Source: the human T2T-CHM13v2.0 reference genome, Homo sapiens. Taken from it: a stretch of DNA of 64,000 nt. Positions within the stretch are counted from its first letter, which is position 1; each line of letters begins with the position of its first letter. Below the pieces are notes generated by a model, which was given only the letters and a program-made list of their open reading frames with translations, was not told where the DNA came from and made no database searches. The position numbers were made by a program, and so were the translations under genes. The stretch lies in NCBI RefSeq assembly GCF_009914755.1, contig NC_060935.1; one strand, 5' to 3'. Of this stretch, positions 56,133 to 64,000 are shown piece by piece.

Positions 56133-56503
56133 AGATATGGTTTGGATTTGTGTCCCTGCCAAAATGTCATGTTAAATTGGAGGAGGGCTCTGGTGGGAGG
56201 GGATTAGATCATGGGGGCAAATTTTCCCCTTGATGTTCTTGTGATAGTGAGTGAGTGCTCATGAGATCTGATGGTTTAAAAGTTGTTTGTGGCACTTCCC
56301 CTTTGTTCTCTCTTTCTCCTGCTCCATCATCATAAGACATGTTTGCTTCCCTTTTGCCTTCCACCATGACTGCAAGTTTCCTGAGGCATCCCAACCATGC
56401 TTCCTGTATAGCCTGTGGAACTATGAGTCAATTAAACCTTTTTTCTTCATAAATTACCCAGTCTGAGGAATTTCTTTATAGCAGTGTGAGAATGACTAAT
56501 ACA
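56133..56503 (+). mobile_element. MSTA solo LTR (MaLR)
   Basis: gatatggtttggatttgtgtccc...tttctttatagcagtgtgagaatgactaataca. TSD gtaat/ataat. Confidence 0.9.
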
Positions 56504-56638
56504 ATAATTGTGTAGTGTGACTTTCTTCTCAAGATTATATTTTTTCCCATAGTAAATGCATTTTACAATTTTTAAAAATCTTTTATCTTTCAAATCTTTG
56601 TAATATCTAATTCTCATTTCTCTGAGTAGCTATGTAGT

Positions 56639-58873
56639 GAATATGATTTAGCCGTGTCCCCATCCAAATCTCAACTTAAATTGTAGTTCCCATAATCCCC
56701 ATGCATCCTGGGAGGGACCCAGTGGGAGGTAATTGAATCATGGGGGCAGTTTCTCCTATGCTATTCTCGTGCTAGTAAGTTCTTAAGAGATCTGATGGTT
56801 TTACATGAGGCTTCCCCCTTCACTTGGCTCTCATTCTTGTCTTTCCTGATGCCTTGTGAAGAAGGACATGTTTGTTTTCTTTACCACCATGATTGTAAGT
56901 TCCTGAAGGCTTCCCCAGCCATGTGGAACTGTGAGGATATTAAACCTCTTTTCTTTATAAATTACCCAGTCTTGGGTATGTCTTCATTGCAACATAAAAA
57001 TGAAGTAATACAGTAAATTGGTACCAGGTAGAACGGTGTTGCTATAAGGATACCAAAAAAAATGTGGAAGCGATTTTGGAACTGGGTAACAGACAGAGAT
57101 TGGAAGAGCTTGGAGAACTCAGAACACAGGAAAATGTGGGAAAGTTTGGAACTTCCTAGAGACTTGGAGGGCTCAGAAGACAGGAAGATGTGGGAAAGTT
57201 GGGAACTTCCTAGAGACTTGTTAAATGGCTTTAGCAAAGAGACTGGCAGCACTTTGCCCCTGCCCTAGAGATCTTTAGAACTTTGAATTTGAAAGACGAT
57301 TTAGGGTATCATGTGTAAGAAATTTCTAAGCAGCAAAGCATTCAAGAGGAAACAGAGTATACAAGTTTGGAAAATTTGCAGCCTGACAATGAGATAAAGA
57401 ACAAAAACCCATTTTCTGGGGAGAAATTCAAGCCAGTTGGAGAAATTTGAGGAGCCAAGTGTTAATCACCATGACAAGGGGGGAAAATGTCTCCAGGGCA
57501 TGTCAGAGACCTTCATGGCAGCACCCTCCTCCCCCACTCCATCACAGGTCTAAGGCCTAGGAGGGCAAAATGGTTTCCTGGGCTGGTCCCAGGAACCCCT
57601 GCTCTGCGCAGCCTCTGGACATGGTGCCCTGAATCCCAACTACTTTCAGTTCCAGCCATGCAAACAGGGGCCAACATACAGCTTACATCATTGCTTCAGA
57701 TGATAAAAGCCCTAAGCCTTGGCACTTATATGTGGTGTTGGGCCTGTGGGTGCACAGAAGTACAAAATTGAGGTTTGGGAACCTCCACCTAGATTTCAGA
57801 GGATGTATGGAAATGCCTGGATGTCCAGGCAGGAGTTTGCTGCAGGGGCAGAGCCCTCAAGGAGAACCTCTAGTAGGGCAGTGCAGAAGGGAAATATGGG
57901 GTTGGAACTTCACACAGAGTCCCCATGGGGTCACTGCCTGGTGGAGCTATGAAAAGAGGTCCACCATCCTCCAGACCCCAGAATGGTACATCCACTGATA
58001 GCTTGCACCATGTACCTGGAAAAGTCAAAGACACTCAACGTCAGCATGAGAAAGTAGCCAGGAGCATGGCTGTACCCTGAAAAGCCACAGGGCAGAGCTG
58101 CTCAAGACAGAGAGGCCACTTCTTGCATCAGCATGATCTGGATGTGAAACATGGAGTCAAAGGAGATCATTTTGGAACTTTAAGATTTAATGACTGCCTT
58201 ATTGGATTTTGGACTTGCATGGAGCCTGTAAGCCCCTTTGTTTTGGCCAATTTCTCCAATTTGGAATGGGTGTATTTACCCATTGCCTGTACTCCATCGT
58301 ACCTAGAAAGTAACTAACTTGCTTTTGATTTTACAGGCTCATAGGTCTGTAGGATTGCCTTGTCTCAGACAAAACTTTGGACTTGGACTTTTGAGTTAAT
58401 GCTGGAATGAGTTAAGACTTTGGGAGACTGTTGAAAGGACAGAATTGTGTTTTGAAATGTGAGGACATGAGATTTGGGAGGGGTCAGGGGCAGAATAATA
58501 TACTTTGGCTATGTCCGCATCCAAATCTCATCTTGAATTGTAGTTCTCATAATCCCCAAATGTCATGGGAGGGACCTGGTAATTGAATCATGGGGGCATT
58601 TCCCCCCATGCTATTCTCATGCTAGTAAAAAATTTGTCATGCGCTCGGATGGTTTTACACAAGGCTTCCCTCTTTGCTTGGCTCTCATTCTTCTCTCTCC
58701 TGCCACCTTGTGAAGAAGGACATGATTGCTTCGCCTTCTGCCATGATTGTAAATTTGCTGAGTACCACCGCCCCTGACACCACGTGGGACTGTGAGTCAA
58801 TTAAACCTCTTTCCTTTATAAATTACCTAATCTCAGGTATTTCTTTATAGCAGTGTGAAAGTGAACTAATACA
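56639..58873 (+). mobile_element. Full-length THE1 (THE1C/D-like) MaLR: 5' LTR 56639-57011, internal 57012-58495, 3' LTR about 58496-58873
   Basis: Two similar LTRs ending taataca. Internal region starts gtaaattggtacc and ends with the purine tract gggaggggtcaggggcagaa. TSD gtagt/atagt. Confidence 0.93.
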
Positions 58874-60113
58874 ATAGTAATTCATTATAGTCTTATCATT
58901 TGTTAGCTCGTTTGTTTCCATTTTTTTTACTACTACATGTATGTAATTATCATTATACATAATTTTTCAAGTTATTTTTAGACAGATCTCTGAGTGTAAT
59001 TTTACTGATGCAGGTAGTCTGATCATTTATCAAACATTTGAAACTCAAAAAATTATTTACCAGAAGAATTTTACTAACTTACATTCAGAGCAAGTATGAA
59101 GTCTCCACACTTCACAAACAGGAGGAGCTAGAAATGGGGGAAGGTCTGCTTAGAAAATGAGGTAGAAGCTGAACTCAGGAGCTGGGGCAATATATTATTA
59201 ATAAGGAAAGTCGATCAATGGGAACTATCAAAGGCTGAGAACTACAGATAGAGATGGGGATCTGCAGGGAAGGAAAATCCTCTTAACTAGTGAAAGAGCA
59301 CAGAAGAAATACATGGGTGCCTGTAGTTAACTCCTTTCTCACCAGCTTTTAGTCATTGATTTTATAAGGAAAAAAAATGAAAATTGCCTGAAAAATACAG
59401 ACAACCATTGAGGAGAAAATTATACTATATGATTTATATTGGAGAAGTGAAAGTTTCTAAAGAAACATTTAATCATTGGAAAAGATGGAAAGAAACAAAT
59501 AGCTAAGACCTCCATTGAAAATAGCTCCTGAGATTCAAATGTGAAGTCAAGATGAATGCAGGAGCTATTCTCAGACGATTTCATTTTCTAGCATTATCTA
59601 TAAAAGCTGTGAAATTAAGACAAAGTTATATAATTGGATCTTTTTTCTCACCTGGAAGAGAGGTTCCTCCAGAGATAGATTCAGAGTTTAATCATGGGAA
59701 GGGCAGTACCCACAGAAAGAGAGTTCATTATTAAAAGAAGTTTTTATCTTCGATGTTTGGAAGTTAAGATGATTTTTAGTGTTATTACTAAACAGGGGAT
59801 GAAGGATTGTTTTAGCCCAAAACCCAAAACTAAAGAAAAACCAGGATCTTGCTGAAAAATCTGGAAAAGAAGCAAAGCATGGTGGACAGAATATATCAAC
59901 TGACTTATAATTCTGTTTTTATTTTTCTCGTCTCTCTCCGTTATTCTCTTATTCTTTTGCATTGTGTATGTCACCTAACCCTTTCGCCCCATCATCAGTT
60001 TTCATGTGAAATAGTTTGTGAAAATATAATAACTTAGAGAAACATTCCTTAAAAACAGTACAGTGATATATACATATTAAGCATTACTAATATTGCCCAT
60101 GAAAACCTCCTGA

Positions 60114-60472
<359 letters not shown>

Positions 60473-61229
60473 CACCACATGTTCTTAAATGTATAGATTT
60501 AAATATGCAATTTAAATGCAAATATGTTAAAGGGATTAAACTATGCACTCTGTGTAATGGGGAGCTGAGTGGGGAGAAAGCAGAGTTTGTACATTCAAAG
60601 AGCTGATGTTTATTCCTGAGATTTCTGACTTGGAATTCAGATTTCTAAGAGCATTTAACTCCCAAAAACCCAAGGACATGAGCAAATATAGCAAGTGATA
60701 AATAGGCTTAGTCAAAAATATAAAATATACCATCTGGGTAAACAGAATTTTATGGACTCTTGGAATTCAGCAAGGGCTTGGAGAATGCTTCTATTTGCAT
60801 TGCCTTTGCAGAATTGACCCCTCAGCAATGAAAGTCCCCCAAAACTTAAGTCTTCTGACTCCTTTCAGAGAAATAAATTATCTAATGCAAACACTGAAAG
60901 AATGAGGGTAATTCACATGATAGATATTTTCCTCTTGGAGTTTATTAATTCACTTTTATAGAAATGAGAACTATAAAGCAGTAAAACTGGCAATAACTAA
61001 TATCATCCACAGGATGGTAAGTGCTGTAATAAAGACTATAGCAGACTGGAAAGAAAATCTTGTCCTCAAAAGTTCACAGTGCAAGTTTGATTGCATTATT
61101 GCATAGTGCAAAGTGAAAGTGATTGCATAGTGCATATGAAAGTTTGATTGAATTATTACAGAAAAAGTGTGGTTTTCTTGCTTCTTTAATCTGGTTTCAC
61201 ATGCTGGCACTTATCTGGAATCTTTGTTT

Positions 61230-61710
61230 GGAAATAAAACAAACTAATCTCCAACACTGAAGCATAAAGGGAATTTACGAGTTTCATCGAAGATTCCAGG
61301 GTAAATGTCTGGATTTCAGGCATGGCTAGATGCAGGAGGTCAAAGAACGTCCTTGGAATTTGATACATGTTTCTTCATGTATGATAGTTCCCCATATAGT
61401 TTTATTCTCAAAGTGGCTTTCTGTCTGTGGAGACAAATGACATGCTGAAAGGTCTAGAAACATATATTCAGAAACTAGCAACCCTTGTAAAGAGAATACC
61501 ATTTTACTCCACTATCACTTGAAAAACTTTGGGACACTGAGCAAACTGGGACCATGTATCCATCACTGAATGAATCATTGTGGCCAAAAGTATGAAATCC
61601 TCCAAATGATCAGCTTTCCACATGGCAAAGAGTCATACAAGAGTGACTTCCCTAAACAAAGGAACATGCTTTTTTCCTAGAAGGGGAATAGATAAAACAA
61701 ATGTCTGTTA
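61230..61710 (-). mobile_element. Old MaLR LTR (MLT1K/L-like)
   Basis: ttcaggcatggctagatgcaggaggtcaaa...catcactgaatgaatcattgtggcca. Confidence 0.5.
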
Positions 61711-62049
61711 CACTGCACGTCTCTCGCTTTCTATTATTTATAAATAGTTTAATCCTGAAACTCAACTTCTCTCATAAGAAATGAAATATACAAAAAGTAG
61801 ATTAGAAGAAAATGGAGGCAAGGATCAAAGTGTGGCTTTACCCAAGTAAAATCTGAGTAAGTACTAGATTTTCCTGGACATTTAAATGTTTATTACATAC
61901 CATTTTCCAAACATAGGTTTGAAAATGTTGCAGAAAATGTCAAACTTGCACTAGAATTTCTATATTTTTCAGTAAACGGCTTTTTCCTTCAACCAGAAAG
62001 TTTGGGTTTAAGCACCTAGTGAAATAAAATCTTACTAACCTGCTACTAG

Positions 62050-62220
62050 GCAGGCAGCAAGGTGCAACACCAAAAAAGGAAATCAAAAGAACCAAGTTAA
62101 AGACCCAGCTCTGACAGTAACTACCTTTGTGACATTGGAAAAATGTTCTTTTTACTTTAACTTTCTCATCAGTAAAATTAGAAAATTAGCAAAAGCAATG
62201 TGTGTGCTCCCAGGTTTATC
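62050..62220 (+). mobile_element. MIR
   Basis: agacccagctctgac...tgtgacattgga...ctttctcatcagtaaaat. Confidence 0.55.
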
Positions 62221-63139
62221 CAGAAGTGAAATGAGCAGTTTGTTCCTTACTACAAATGAATTATTTTTTGTCTTCCAAATTAATTATTTATTATTCTTGT
62301 GCCTAGTTGTATTCAGTGTTACTCAAGCATACTTTATCACCCAGTACTTTTCTATCTTATTCCTGGAATAAAAAATAAATTCTGTCTGGGCCTGCCGAAT
62401 GCTTTCCTAATTGGTATTAATGATTTGCTTTTAAATTAGTTGTGCATTTTTATAGAACTAACCTTTGGGGATTACAATTAATGCTACAATTGTTTTAAAC
62501 CATTAGAGGAAACTGCCAATGAATCTTTTCTATTTTTTTTTTCTTCTTTGTGTTCTGGGCTGTGAAAATGGTCACTCTCAGATATTTAAACATATTTAGA
62601 TTTGTGGAGGAGAAGAGAGCACATTGTTTGGATTATTTAAAGCAGGCACAATTTATAGAAACTTTCAGTAGCTAAACTTCATTGGTTTTCTTGATAGGAT
62701 GTTCACGTGCGGTATTTGAGGAATTGTGCTTTTGTACTGTGATGCAAAATAGGCACCTGGTCTCTTTCTAGACTTTTCGAAGGTGCATTCTTTTGGCTTA
62801 GGTCATGAATCTTAAAAAATCCTGTCCTGAAGCAAAGAGAGGAGAAATATAATTTCTATTGATTACTTTATGATCAAATTTCCTTTAACTATCTTTGGCT
62901 ATGAACATGTCACTTCAAATAGCTAATGGTAGGACTCTAGGCATCTAGAGATGACAATAAATTGTATGTTTATCTGGCTACATTCTGAATTAAAAAAAAC
63001 TAAAACATATTTCACTATGGCAATATATTTCCGATGAATAACTTCAGGTAAAAACAATGTAATAAGTTTACACTGAAGGAGTATAATGTAGTCTAGTTAA
63101 TGCTCCTTAGATAAGCTGCTTAATATAGTCTTATTTTCT

Positions 63140-63490
63140 ACTTAAAAATATAGTGTTCATAGAAGCAACACCAGAACTTGGAGTGAAAACAAGACTCAAG
63201 TTGCAGCTCTGGTATTGACAGCTCTGTGACCACAGATAAGTCACTTCATTTTCATTAGCATTAAGTAATTTTTTAAATGGCAATTATTTTATCTTTTCTT
63301 GTGTAAGGATGACTATGGTCATAATAACAGTCACAGCCACTACAAGTTAACCCTAGAATGTTGTCATTCCCATTTTATGGATGAAATAAAGCTTCAAATA
63401 GTTAAATATTAAAGATTAGTTATATAAGTATGTAAACTTAGGCCCGGTTGACTTCAGAATGTGAGTTTTGAACCTGTCTTATTTATCACA
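63140..63490. mobile_element. Two MIR fragments in opposite orientations
   Basis: gctctgtgaccacagataagtcactt (+) and ttcccattttatggatga (-). Confidence 0.55.
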
Positions 63491-64000
63491 TCAAATGGCA
63501 ATTCTTTTAGTTGCATTTATATCACCTGCCAAATTGCTGCCTTAGAGTTCTTTCTAATAGGCTGTTTTTTTGAAAACACACAGACACACACATATTTATC
63601 TTGGGACAGATTTTTAAATATCTGTATTGATAAATTTCTAATCAGTTTTGACTTCCAGAGTTTTTAATTAATTTACAAGAAACTCTATTAACTTATATGT
63701 TATTTTTTAATTCCCAAAATTTTAGATTTTCTTTTATTTCATCAGAAAAATCAATTAAGTATTCATTTTAGTTTATGTAAAGTTGGTATTTAGATTTATA
63801 TTTTTCTCAAAAAGACAAACCTTTTCTAGGATTCCTGACAAAATAATCCAAATTTCTCCTACTGATTTTTAATTAGTTTCTATGTAGCTATCTATCTGTA
63901 ATTAATCCGATAATAATGTGAATGAATATAGTTTCATACTGCATTTTCATTTTCTTTTAAAGCTAATTCTCTCTCATTATTATTCTTTCTCAAAGATGTC

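Noticed and set aside
57109-57216. 54-bp tandem duplication in the THE1 internal region as a locus-specific novelty
   Set aside because: The copies are diverged, and I recall this duplication in THE1 internal consensus sequences, so it was probably inherited with the element. Confirm against Dfam.

Overview
This is AT-rich primate (most likely human) nuclear DNA from a gene-poor intergenic region or a large intron. It is not prokaryotic. I see no CRISPR array, rRNA, tRNA, operon or recognisable cellular protein-coding gene. Nearly all ORFs in the track are spurious (Alu, L1, LTR or microsatellite read-through). The only one clearly derived from a real protein is the 262-aa L1 ORF2 fragment at 50796-51584. 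A large share of the window is interspersed repeat: 14 Alu copies, L1PA/L1MA/L1MC/L1M fragments, L2, MIR, a solo MER11 (HML-8) LTR with a perfect 6-bp TSD, an MSTA LTR, a full LTR-internal-LTR THE1 element, MLT1/MLT2/MER31/MER67 LTRs, and DNA transposons (MER2, MADE1, MER119 and a decayed hAT-Charlie transposase). I cannot support a previously undescribed biological system. The most interesting observations are: an L1 inserted into an Alu with target-site deletion instead of duplication; a candidate minus-strand cryptic or terminal exon behind a (UG)n/(UC)n tract between inverted Alus; an intact MADE1 hairpin of the miR-548 type; an internally duplicated Alu carrying a G4 insert; a fossil Charlie transposase; and a few enhancer-like or exon-like unique segments. 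Repeat subfamily names and old-repeat boundaries come from recalled consensus sequences, read by eye, and need RepeatMasker/Dfam confirmation.
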